From Octopus vulgaris (Eukaryota): 64,000 nucleotides of DNA. The position numbers and the translations under genes were made by a program. Below the pieces are notes generated by a model. That model ran no database searches and was not told the origin of the DNA. It saw nothing but the letters and a program-made list of their open reading frames with translations. Below are positions 39,922 to 52,453 of this stretch, piece after piece (position 1 is the stretch's first letter; every line of letters starts with the position of its first letter). The stretch covers positions 76,260,001-76,324,000 of the forward strand of contig OX597828.1 of assembly GCA_951406725.2 (NCBI GenBank), in the 5' to 3' direction.

Positions 39922-40330
39922 TTACCGAGAGAAGAACAATAAACAAAAAATTTAACCGCAACCAGACAGCAGTATCCAGAGACATGAGAGGCGGAGCAGT
40001 AAATATCGCGGAAACTCCTTCACGAGAAGACAGAAACTCCTTCTGGATGAAAATCTGGAGTGAAGAGAAGGAATTTAACCAAGATGCTCTATGGCTGGAA
40101 GAAATCCGAAAAAGTTATTGCTCCCGCATTACATTCGAGAATACAACATTGATGGTGAAACTCTTGCAACTGTGATTCAGAAACTCCAGGATGGAAAAAG
40201 CATCTGGAAGAGACTTGACTGTTGGACATTTGTACAAGAAGCTAACATTCTACCAACCATATCTTATCAATCTATACCAGCAAGCTTTGATTAGGAACAG
40301 TAGCATACCACACTAGTTAGCTCTGGCAGA
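39922..40330 (+). mobile_element. Internal fragment of an R4/Dong-like LINE (region upstream of RT)
   Basis: FNRNQTAVSRDMRG...TPSREDRNSFWMKIWSEEKEFNQDALWLEEI resembles the FW..IW...N..A.W motif that precedes R4-type RT. Confidence 0.55.
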
Positions 40331-40485
40331 GACAAATTTTTTTATATTGAAAATATAAAAAAGTTCATTAAAATATTGGGCACAAAAAATTACAATACAT
40401 ATATACATTCTTTGATAATAATAATAAAATGTTAAAAACAGGTTACACAAAAACTTTTTTTGAGAAATTTTAACGAGTTTATAAA

Positions 40486-41140
40486 ATGCTACTGTTGTTT
40501 AGCCCCAGGAGACATCGTCTTAGCCGAAGAGTTATTCTATGCCGACGAAGTTATTCTATGCCGACGAAGAGAAATTGCCCTGAAACCGTACAGTCTACAA
40601 ATACTGCTTTGTGTTGGGTGAGGATGCTAACCTTCCCTGTTCTAAAATATAAGGACACAGATCGTGTGTGGTATAATCAGCTGGAGTCGATGTCTCCTGA
40701 CGCGAAGCAACAGGTGAATTTGTCTCAAACGATGTCTCCAGTAGCATTCGCCCCTAAACAGGACTGCCACATTAGGTTGGCAACAATTATTACTTTAAAG
40801 TGATGCTACAGAATATCTCTCGTTGAGATATTTAGGAATAGCATGTTTCTATTTTATTAGAGCAATGGCGGTGAGTCACTTAGAAAATTATATATGTTTT
40901 CGAATGGGTATTTAGCAGCGCCATCTCAGCCGTAGAGTTATTTTGTGCCGACGAAGGGAAATAACCCTGAAACTGTACGGTCCACGGATGCTGCTTTATG
41001 TTGTGCGGGGGTGCTAACATCGTCTGTTCGAAAATATAAGGAGACAGGTCGTGTGTCGTATAGTCAGCTGGAGACGATGTCCCATGGGGCTAAACAATAG
41101 TAGCATTCCCCCCAAAATGGGACTTCCGAATTAGGGTGGA
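40486..41140 (+). mobile_element. Second hammerhead-bearing partial tandem (~390-400-bp unit) with an inverted 5' segment
   Basis: Units start near 40520 and 40925. 40486-40520 is the reverse complement of the unit motif at about 41072-41106. The CAGCTGGAG...GGGGCTAAA...TAGCAT block is shared with 13553-14207. Confidence 0.7.
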
Positions 41141-41551
41141 AAAAATCGTTTTGTGTGTGAGTAAAATTGCATCGATATGCATATACTATATAAAAGTGGA
41201 TAGACAGGCATATACTGCACGCATTAGGTAAGGTTTGGCATAAAAAGAAGGGCTCAATATCATTTGAAGTGCATATAGTTCATTGCATAGGGTAAAATAT
41301 ACACACCTACTTATACATATATATAAATATATATATATATGTGTGTGTGTGCGTGTTTGTATGAATGTGTATGCGTGTGTATGTACGTGTGTATGTGCAC
41401 GCGTGTGTATGTGCACGCGTGTGTCTGCGAGTGTATATGTGCGTGTCTGTGAAGATAGGTCACTTGAAATGTGAACAAATCATTAGTTGTATATCTTCAG
41501 ATGGTGTTGCTCATTTTCACCGCTCTATACCACGATCACACTAAGAGATAG

Positions 41552-41582
<31 letters not shown>

Positions 41583-41710
41583 CACACAAATACGTACAGA
41601 CACACACGTGCATATATACACACCCACTCGTATACATATACATATAGGCGTATTAATACGTACGCATATAATTAACTATGCATCAAAATACCCATTTTTA
41701 TGTGTGCGTA

Positions 41711-41798
<88 letters not shown>

Positions 41799-41815
41799 CT
41801 ATATATATATATATG

Positions 41816-41871
41816 CATAAATATAGGCAACTATGTTTACGTTTGTATTTGTGTATATGCATATATGTATA

Positions 41872-41909
<38 letters not shown>

Positions 41910-41961
41910 CATATATGCACATACACACATACAAACGTAAACATAGTTGCCTATATTTATG
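41816..41961. repeat. Near-perfect 146-bp palindrome centred on (TA)n
   Basis: CATAAATATAGGCAACTATGTTTACGTTTGTAT... mirrored by ...ATACAAACGTAAACATAGTTGCCTATATTTATG; 2 mismatches in the arms. Confidence 0.92.
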
Positions 41962-42158
41962 TACAAAGGCGTGTGCATTGTTCTATTGATAACTTTAGAT
42001 TATTCATATCTTGCGGTTGGTTGCTTTGATGTTCATATGTTATTTAACGCCATTGACTACCTAACTGAGTATCAATATATATACATTTACTTACGTATAT
42101 ACACTCGCAACACACTCACACACGCATACACATGCATGTGCATATGTATGCTTGTAAG

Positions 42159-42218
<60 letters not shown>

Positions 42219-43189
42219 CTTATATGAATACATACATGAATTCCCACATATATATGGATATGTGCATAATTAAGTATGTTTTTCTGAGTTTATATGGTAA
42301 CTTAGTATGTATATATGCATATCTATAATTATGTATGTGTGCTTTTGTGTAACGCGGGGTGCGTTGAACATGACTCTTCAGGAAGCCAGGATGGAAACAT
42401 GATTACAACGATTTTTTTTTCAAAGCAGTACCTTTAAGCGTTTCAAGTTAATAGATCTTAAACCTATTATTGTACTCTTTTCCGATATTGCCTACGATTC
42501 CCATGCTGAATACTTATGCCCAGTCTACAGTTCAGATTCTTACGGCCCGTTTCTTGTGTCTACTTTGAATTTATACTTGGTAAACTTTCTCTTTCTTACA
42601 AATGAAAGCAACCTGTATGGCCAATTTAGAGTCAGCAGATCCCAGCAGACTTGGGAAGAGATATCTTCAAAGTACTATATCAATGCATCGTAGAAACTTT
42701 AAAAAATATATATATATATATATAACACTACTAGGAAATTATGACCAATTCCTACATAAACTACTTGGAATTGATTATTCTGATAAAAAATTCAAATAAT
42801 ATTCTTCCGCAGGAGAAGAGTAAAAACTTAGACTCATGCCTGACTAATACTTAGTTCACATGTAGAAGTGAACATTAGAGACGAGAAGATGTAATGTTAG
42901 TGATGCGCAGAATCTATGGATGTAACTCATTGCATTGTTTAGTAAGAAAAATAAACACTGCTGTGAGATAAATATTTTAGGAAATAGAAGAAACACTATC
43001 ATAAATAGGTGAAATATTCAATACGGAAACGATTTCGATTCAGAATAGGATGAGAGGTTGTTTCTACACTCCTGTGCGTGGGATGGAGTGTAAATATATC
43101 TATATCTATATATATATATATGCATATATGCATATATATATATATATATACAGAGAGAGTGGGGGGGGGGGAAGAATTATTTACTTGTT

Positions 43190-43520
43190 TCACTCACTAG
43201 ACCGCAACCAGGCACCGGCTTGAAAACTGTTTAGTGGAATGATTCGATCCTATACGGCTTTTGTGGAATCGCTAAGTTATGAGGACGAGGACGTACACAC
43301 AAGGGTTGTCAAGCGGTCGTTGTGGACAAATACAGACACAAAGACCCACAAGCATAGATATAAATATATACGATGAGATTCTTTCAGTTTCCGTTTACCA
43401 AATCCACACAACAAGTTTTTACACAGCCCGAGACTGTAGTAGAAGAGAATTACCCAAAGTGCCACGAAGTGGGACTAAACCCGAAAGCATTAGGTTGCGA
43501 GGCATCTGGATACTTTCATA
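43190..43520 (-). mobile_element. Degenerate copy of the 15515 SINE family
   Basis: tacttgtttca...ttgtcaagcg...tttcagtttccgtttaccaaatccac...gtgccacgaagtgggactaaaccc. Confidence 0.75.
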
Positions 43521-43585
43521 AAATACCGTCATGCCTTTAATCCCCCGTCAAGGCACTAACCACAGTAAAGCCTAATGGTTTAAAC

Positions 43586-44145
43586 CATGTGTTCTTAACC
43601 ATTTTTTTAATCTATAGACTCTTTTTATTACTAATTTATTCTGGAGGACCCCATAACCTTTCAGTTTTAAAAAAATTAGTGGAGCAAGAATACACACAAA
43701 AACGAAAAGTGTAGCTGAAGAGGTCACAGATGTGTGACGAAAGATTTCCGGACAATGGACATGAGTTAGAATAATAACAGTAATAAACGAGTGAAGAACA
43801 AATATATTGTGCGTGAGTTTATTTGGCAAAAAAAGAGAAGCAAGTGGCCATCCTGAAATACAACAATATTTTAAAAACTAGTTTTTAAGAAACTTTTTAT
43901 GAAATTCTGATTTTCTTTTTCTCCCATTAACTTGTGTGTTTAAAATTAACTTATGCTTGTAAAGTGTTACAAAAAGAAACTCAGTTGTTTCTTGTAAGAC
44001 ATACCAATTACATCAAAAGCAACAATTTTTTCAGGCGCCCTTAACATACTGTTGTGGATGCTCAATTTACTAAATTGTAGCGTGGAACCTACAAAATATC
44101 ATATGGAGCATCAGGGACCATATAGGACCTGGCTGAGAACTACCG
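43586..44145. mobile_element. hAT (Charlie-like) non-autonomous element
   Basis: Imperfect TIRs CATGTGTTCTTAACC / GGCTGAGAACTACCG; 8-bp TSD GTTTAAAC (43578-43585) / TTTTAAAC (44146-44153). Confidence 0.65.
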
Positions 44146-44551
44146 TTTTAAACCAACTCGAAAATTGAATGATGGCAGACAAATGTTGAACATAGTGAGG
44201 CAAAGTGAGATACAGAATAAGAAACGAGGTCATTTAATCTCCTTTAGCATTCAAATGAACCTGTCAAATGTAAAACTTATTTGTCCTCATATTTCGAATT
44301 AATCGTACATAATCTCGTAGCTCCGAGATTTTGATTATCCGATTGTTTATTTTTAACATGACACCGTAGGGAGGTGTGAGGGGCTGATTCTGGTTGGTTT
44401 CAAAATATAACGGGTAGAATATTTGAGCAGCATATGGGTGGTATACATGCTAACGGACTAAATTGAATTTACTAGAGAACATGTATGCATATTGATATGC
44501 ACTCGCAAGTGTCTATGTGTGTGCGTGCGTGTGTGTGTGCGTGCATGCATG

Positions 44552-44603
<52 letters not shown>

Positions 44604-44689
44604 TATACATATATATATATATTTATATATAAATATATGCATATATCTTGTTATATATAAATATGTATGAAGTATATATATATATATGC

Positions 44690-44747
<58 letters not shown>

Positions 44748-44759
44748 GTGTGTGTGATT

Positions 44760-46160
44760 GTGTATAGAAGAATATATTAATAAAAGGAATTCCAACCTTG
44801 TCTGATTTTCACGTTTTATTTACAATCTTATAATGATATATTATAAGATAATATATTATAATAGAATAAAATAAAATAGTAGAATATTAAATGTTCATTC
44901 TGATTGAACTAGTACTTTCATGCATTAAATTCTGCAATCTTAGGGTTCATGTAGTAGTGGTGACAGTCATGCTTCACAATTTTTGACTGTAGCAAGATTA
45001 TTGATTCTGTGCTATAAATACAGCTGGGTAGGCTCCAGAGTGCTAGGTTTTGCAAGCTGTATTCTGACCAATCAGTGTGTAGTATCACTCAATTACTTAG
45101 GCTGATTGGTTGGTTGAGCTGATTGGTTTAGGCGTCACGCTTTGTTGGACATGTCAAGAGTCCTGTATCTTGACCCTGGCCGAAGCAGCAATTGTTGGGT
45201 TATTTTTAGAAATGTTGTAAATAGCCTTTGTCAGAGATTTTTATATTTTTATATTTCAATTGTCATCATCATCATTGTCAGCACCTTAATTATTGTTGCT
45301 AGTGGTGATGGTGGTGGCAATAGAACTTTTAACCCTAAATAAGATAATTTTCCTGCTATCTTCATCTTGATCACCTTTAGTATTGTTGTTGTTGTTAGTG
45401 GTCATGGTCGTAGCAGTAGAAGTAGTACCTCTAAGTATTATTATTATTATTGCTTATTTAGCTTGGGTTCGAATTTATCAATAAAATTCTTTTCTCTGAT
45501 TTTCCTCTCGATTTCACTTGGGCTGTGTAATTTGTAGAACGGAAATATTATATACATTTTCCGGCCACATGTTGCTAGGTGGTTACTCAAAGGTATCTGA
45601 CGGACCTCTGGGTCTCTAATCTGTTGCCGGTGTACACATGAACGTTCTGATAGTGCGTTTCCCGTCTGACCTACATATATTTCTTCACAATTTGGGCATT
45701 TGATGCAGTAAATAAAATTTCTGCTTTTGCAGTTCATATTCGCGTTTGTGAATATTTTTCCGGTTTTTGTGTTTATATATTGGCCGGTATGTATGAATTG
45801 GCATGTGCCACACCGGCAATCATTGCATTTAGATACAGTGAATGTTTGGTCTTTGTTGCTAAGGTCAAATTTTGCCTTTGTTAGTAATTTTTTCAAGTTT
45901 TTAGGCTGTCTTTTACTAAGCACCATAGCTCGATCCGTGATTATGTCTTTTAATTCATTACTTTGGGCAATGATTGGTAGGTTTGCTTTGGCAATCTTGA
46001 AGATATTCTGGTGACATGGGTTGTGTGTCACTATGAATGGTATGACTTGTTCTTGTTTTCCTCTTCCTTGGGTTGTCCTAAGTTGTTGTATGGGTATTTT
46101 TATAGCCCGTTGTATGCCATTTTCTATAAGTAGAGATGGGTATTTTTGTTTGAGCAAAAA
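44760..46160 (-). mobile_element. 5'-truncated Penelope-like element (Neptune-type), ORF end plus 3' non-coding region
   Basis: GIY-YIG ORF followed by about 690 bp non-coding DNA with a hammerhead-like motif, ending at a (TG)/(TA)n tract. Confidence 0.8.
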
Positions 46161-46211
46161 CGTATCACCAGTATTAAAGCATAAAAAGCATTCTAAATGC
46201 CCTGAAATCAC
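45447..46211 (-). CDS. Penelope-like element polyprotein C-terminus: post-RT linker, Cys-rich motif and GIY-YIG endonuclease (partial)
   Basis: LLKQKYP...IPFIVTHNP...KRQPKNLKKLL...CNDCRCGTC...CKSRNFIYCIKCPNCEEIYVGQT...ER..H...H...RKIREKNFIDKFEPKLN. The first ~16 codons are antisense of the adjacent transposon. Confidence 0.88.
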   Translation of the reverse strand: MISGHLECFLCFNTGDTFLLKQKYPSLLIENGIQRAIKIPIQQLRTTQGRGKQEQVIPFIVTHNPCHQNIFKIAKANLPIIAQSNELKDIITDRAMVLSKRQPKNLKKLLTKAKFDLSNKDQTFTVSKCNDCRCGTCQFIHTGQYINTKTGKIFTNANMNCKSRNFIYCIKCPNCEEIYVGQTGNALSERSCVHRQQIRDPEVRQIPLSNHLATCGRKMYIIFPFYKLHSPSEIERKIREKNFIDKFEPKLNKQ

Positions 46212-47156
46212 GAGAAAAACTGAATTTATCCAACAAGTTCAACAGACCATTGATTACAATCCCAGAAAGTCCATGAGGTCAATTGCAAAAGATTTCCATT
46301 TGTCAGAAGGAGCAGTCAGAAATGTTGTCCACGAAGACATCAGATATAAGTCTTATATGATGAGAAAAAGTCAATTTGTTAGAAAAAGGAAAAGAAAATA
46401 ACTACATCAGATCTAAAAGGCTCTTAAACAAACAGAAAAATCCAGCAGAAGATGATTTGATTTGGTTTCTCTCAAACGAGAAAAACGTCGACCAAGTTCA
46501 AAAAGTTAACAGATGGTTATGTACAGACCCTTCTGAAAATCCAAGTGTTATGCATACAAAATTTCCAGCAATTCTCATGGTTTTAGGGGTTGTCAGCAAG
46601 GAAGGAAATGTGATGCTTCGTTTCTTCTTTCCACAGGGGCTTAGAGTTAACTCTACCGCCTACATTGAGGTCCAGGAAATAATTCTTAAGCCCTGGATAG
46701 ACACTGTATGGAATGGAAGGCCATGCGTATTTCAGTAAGACTCTGCACTATCACACATGGCTCTAGTAACACAGGAATGGATGGTTGAAAATTTTTATGA
46801 TCACATAATCCGTAACATTTGTCCTCCTAATTCCCCAGATCTCAGTACATGTGAAGCATTTTTGAGAGAGAGGTCAACGAACATACCCATAACACCAAAT
46901 ATTCTTTGAAAACTGCCATAGTCACAGCAATGTCCAAAATGAACCAGGACCACTTGATTCGAGCATGTAGATGATTTAGATCTCATGTAGAAGCAGTTGT
47001 TGAAGCTGAAGGTGATATTATTGAATACCATTAGAGAAAAGAAGGTTTATTTCTATCTTCATAGCACTTTTTGATAAATAAAGTTATTATCTGTTATTAT
47101 ATATCTGTATATTTTTTTATAAACATAAATCTGTCCTCAAATATCTTACGCACCTG
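46160..47156 (+). mobile_element. 5'-truncated Tc1/mariner DD37D (maT-like) transposon, decayed
   Basis: NPRKSMRSIAKDF...WFLSNEK...TKFPAILMVLGVVS...VFQ*DSALSH...PPNSPDL, with spacing matching DD37D; right end ...TTACGCACCTG|TA. Confidence 0.85.
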
Positions 47157-47161
47157 TATAT

Positions 47162-47168
47162 ATGTGCA

Positions 47169-47230
<62 letters not shown>

Positions 47231-47231
47231 T

Positions 47232-47305
<74 letters not shown>
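47162..47305. repeat. (TG)n microsatellite
   Basis: About 140 bp of gt dinucleotide. Confidence 0.97.
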
Positions 47306-47307
<2 letters not shown>

Positions 47308-48546
47308 CTTTATGTTTCTATTTATCCCTGATCTCTACAGGCTTGATTGTTTACTTCCTGGTTGCTAAGCGATTTTCTAAAAGATATGATAAAATAAGAG
47401 CCAGGGGAAAAGAAAAGAAAGAAATTATGTGTGACCGATATTTCTCGGCAGAATCCGGCTCCAAAACGACAGCATTCCAATGACTGAAACAAGTAAAAGA
47501 TAAAAGATATATGATGTACATCGTTAAGATGCAAAATGTTTGTTTAAACAGAAATATATGGGAAATAGGGAAACATTTTTAAAAGCTGTACGAAAACAAT
47601 GTCGAAATGCTGAAGAGAGTATTTTATGGTTTGCAAAAATATTTCAAATTTTACTGACCTTTGTTCATAAAATTTTGACTTGAAGCCAAAGAATTTTGCG
47701 CATCCCGACAGGATTGAGGTTAATAATCAGGAAAAGCAATTTCCAGAGGTCTGTTAATAACAGATGTGATGTGGCCAGAATCAATATTTTTATGATATTA
47801 TGGATAAAACAGACAGATCCCCTGTAATTACTTTTACTTTAACACTCGTTCAGCAAATCAAATCCCCTGACAAATAAATATACAGGGCAGAATCGCATGT
47901 CACAAGTCATTAGAAATCTACATATAAGGGGTCCCCTTCCCAAATGTACGCCCCAAAGTCATATCCACGCAGGTTTCTATAAAAAGTGATCTCTCTTCTA
48001 ACAAAACCGCTATTGCCAGTTTCAATGAAATCAAAAGCTGGGGGGAACATCTCAAAGGATTCCACGCAATTTGCTGTCACGAAAGCAGTTCGAACAGAGA
48101 ACAGCTGAATAAAATGTTTTCTTACGTGCGGCTCTGCAACCGAGAAGCCATCACGTCTGCCTTATTTCACGTGACAGAGGAATCGTATTAACGACCAACT
48201 CACAGAATTTCTTTTGTCTTCTTCTCTTCGCCATTCCTATTCATATGTTTGTCCTGCTTGCTATATGCCTCGTTTACTTATTTTCTTTACTATTTATACA
48301 AACTCTTAAATCTTACTTTCCCATAATCCTCCCATGTTTACTTTTTCTCTCGCCATCAAATGCCAAATGTCCTCACCAAAGCCTACTCAACATCGCTCAG
48401 AAAGACACGCATGCTGATCGCCATTAGGTTGTTTTTCACGTGAAAGAACACCTTATGAGAGTGTGTGCGCCTTTTTTATTATCCGTGTATTCCACACACA
48501 CACACACACATACACATACGCACACACATATACATATCAATGTATG

Positions 48547-48593
<47 letters not shown>

Positions 48594-49500
48594 ATATATT
48601 ATATATATATATATATGAATGTGTATATATATATATATGTGTTTATATATGTATATATATATATATATGTATATGTATATATGCGGATATATAAACATAT
48701 ATAATACAAATATAAGTATATATGAATATATATATATATGTATATAAAAATATGGTGGGGGGGTGTAAATACATATGTATGTGTGTATGTATATTTGCGT
48801 ATGTGTGAGTACTTGTATGACATTTAGAGTATATATATTGGTACAAGAATGAGTGTGTTTAAGTATATAGTGGTATGTGGATAGGTCTTTGGGTATGGAT
48901 ACGTAGGTACATTTGTGTATGTGTATAGGTGTGTGTGTGTGTGTGTGTATGTCTCTCCAGCCCAAGAGGTTCCATTTCATGTATATTTAGTCTAATCGCC
49001 TTCTGCCGTTAATGCATTTTAAAAGCATGGTTCTTCTTTTTGGATCGTTTCCATCCACCAAACCAGAGAATTCATTTCTACATAAATGTCCATCATTCGA
49101 GACATTAACTCCATATTTACTCACAAAGCTCACACTCACCCGCACACACACAAGACACACACATACAGAGAAACACACGTATAAACACAATCACGTATAT
49201 ATATATATATGTATGGGTGCGTGTGTCTGTGTGTAGGTATGTATATATACATATAAATATAAATACATATAAATATATAGGTGTATAGATATGTGTGTGT
49301 ATGTGCGTGCGTAGGTGTGTGTGTCTGTGTATAGATAGATACATACATACATCCATATTTATATATTTATACATATACATATGCACATTTATATGCATTT
49401 TCGTATCAGCGTATGTGTATACTTCTATATATATCTGCAGCATATATCAAGCCATAGTAAATATCATACCAAAACCTCGTCCAATATATATATATATATG

Positions 49501-49562
<62 letters not shown>

Positions 49563-49928
49563 TTATACGTAAACACTGTAGGATTGTTTCTATATGTAAT
49601 TCAATTAATACGTGAATTTGATAAGTGAACGAATTTATGTATGTAAATGGATTTTATCCTTAGACTCTTAATTTCCAACATGTCCACCTCATTGTCCAAA
49701 GATTTTTTTAGCAGCCGACATTCGGTCGTATTCAGCAATATCACTTCAGTTGGAAGAACATTAATGGCATTAATAGAAAGAAATTCACTCAAATAAACAG
49801 AACGTTTTACATGTTTCCACAAAATAAATTGGTGCCAATTATTATTAATTATCTTTTTTGATGTCGATTATCGAATAATTTCATGGTATATATGTATATA
49901 CAAATACGTATACACGCGCAGACAAATC

Positions 49929-49997
<69 letters not shown>

Positions 49998-50099
49998 TGT
50001 ATGTATATATAAACAAAAATATATATGTAAATGTATATATGTACAAATATTATATATATATATATATATATATGGTTGTATGTAAACATATAAAATCCC

Positions 50100-50158
<59 letters not shown>

Positions 50159-50392
50159 AAAGATGAAATATTCTGCAAGTATGCATTATTATAATGGGAT
50201 TTTATATATAGACTTTTTCACTTCCCGAGTGCTATACTAATACATCTGTTTATTGTCAACACCACCTGTCTTCGTCTTTTGTTTTTTTGTGAATTCTACC
50301 TATATATTTATTTATTTCTTTTATCTTGTTTCAGCTCACAAGCTGTGGGCATGCTGGGGCACCGCTATTTGTATATACATACATACATACAT

Positions 50393-50451
<59 letters not shown>

Positions 50452-51678
50452 CAGGGTGGAGAAGCAACATTTACAATGAACGTTAAGTTATTTTGAAACC
50501 TAGCATATATTGATGTCATAATCATACCTAATGCTATTATCCTTACCTTTTCAGAAAATTTTGCCCATATGAGTAATCAGGAAAGCAAAAGTCAAAGAGT
50601 GTGTAGTTTGCTGAATGCACTCGTCACACCAAAGGAGATTTCAAGAATAGTTGAAGTGTCCTTAAACCTGTTTATAATGTAAAGAATAGAATGACTATGA
50701 GCAAAATTATTACGAGGAAGTCTGGAAGTGGAGGAATCAACAAAAAATGTACCAAAGCTTTCATTAATGCTCTCAAATCCAAAATCCTAAAGGATCCAAC
50801 CAAATCCATGAGGAAAATGGCAATTGAACTTGAGGTGGACAACAAGACCATTAGAAATGCAGTAAAATACGATTTGAGGTTAAAATCGCACACAAGAACA
50901 CCAAAACACTTGTTGACAACAGCTATGAAGGAAAAGAGATTGGAAAGGTGCAAGAAAATTATAACATGTTTCAAGAAAAAGTCCTCCATTGTAACAATCT
51001 TTTTAGATGAAAAGATCTTCACTGCCGATGCTGTTCTGAACCGCAGAAATGACAGATTTATCGCAAAATCAACAGCTGAGGTTAAGAGGACATTCAAAAC
51101 AAAACATCCTGCTCAAGTTTTGGCTTTTGGTGTTTCCGATGGAAAGAAATGCCAATAAAATTCTACGAAGCTGATGAAAAGGTCAATATTAATATTTACT
51201 ACGAGACTCTGAGATACCAGGTATTGTCATGGCTTAAAGCAAACTACTCAGATGGTAATTGAATATGGACACAGGATGGTCCTCTAGCCCACAGAGCTAG
51301 AAGAATACAAGATTTCTGCAAATCCAACTTTAGCAATTTTTTGGAATCATGTTTATGGCCGCCTTCTAGCCCAGATCTAAATCCTCTGGATTATGCTATT
51401 TGGTGCGTTTTAGAACATGCTACCAATAGAACATCACACAGCAACGTCGACTCTCTTAAAGATACCATTAAAGAAGAATGGGAGAAGGTGTCACCCGAAT
51501 ATTTGAGGAACAGGTGCGCAAGTTTCAGGAAGCGTGTGAAGACAGTTATTGAGAAAGAAGGAGGACATATAGAATAAAAACATTTTCTATTATGTATATT
51601 CTTTCAATAAACAAATTGATCATATATTGTCTTTCAATCTCTGTTTCAAAATATTGTAAATTTTGCTTCCCCACACTG
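50452..51678 (+). mobile_element. Full-length DD37D (maT) Tc1/mariner transposon, 1227 bp
   Basis: 26-bp TIRs CAGGGTGGAGAAGCAACATTTACAAT / ATTGTAAATTTTGCTTCCCCACACTG (23/26 match); TA on the left, TA-rich flanks. Confidence 0.93.
50569..51577 (+). pseudogene. DD37D transposase pseudogene
   Basis: MSNQESK...KDPTKSMRKMA...IFLDEKIF...WTQDG-(37 residues counted)-SPDLNPLDY...EGGHIE*, with frameshifts and internal stops. Confidence 0.9.
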
Positions 51679-52256
51679 TGTATATATGTATATATATATA
51701 TATATATATACTTATGTATATACATATATATATACATACATATATATATGTATGTATATCTACATATGCATGTATGTATGTATATCTATGTATGCATGTA
51801 TGTAGAGATATATATAATATATATATATGTATATTTATAATATATATATATTTATATGTATAAGTACGTTTGTATGTATACATATATGTACACACATATA
51901 TGAGTGTGTGTGTGCACATTTACAATAAATACATTATATACATACATGTAAGTACAGGCTTATGAGTGCGTCTGTGTGTGTGCGTGTGTGTGTGGTTGTC
52001 ACCCTCTGGCGACGTAATACATCGAATTAAGTCGCAGGTCTCAGAAATCAATCCGTCTCCATGTTTTCCCACCTTAGTTACTCTTCGCCCCTTCTACGTC
52101 TTGAGCCATACACATTTTTTATTCTCTCTTCTATTTATAGATCTTAACACTTACGCCATCATAATCCTGACTCTGCCCACCGCCACACCGCCACACCTAC
52201 TGAACACCGGAGAAAGTGGCACGCATACTGAACACCATTAGCCTTCAAACAATATA

Positions 52257-52287
<31 letters not shown>

Positions 52288-52294
52288 GTAGACA

Positions 52295-52415
52295 TGTTGG
52301 AGTACCACCTTATTGGGTGTTACTCGAAGAAATTGACCCCAGGAATTATTTACATAAACACACCAGTATCAATTGTCAAGCGATGACAGGGGAACAAACA
52401 CAGACACAGATAAAG

Positions 52416-52453
<38 letters not shown>

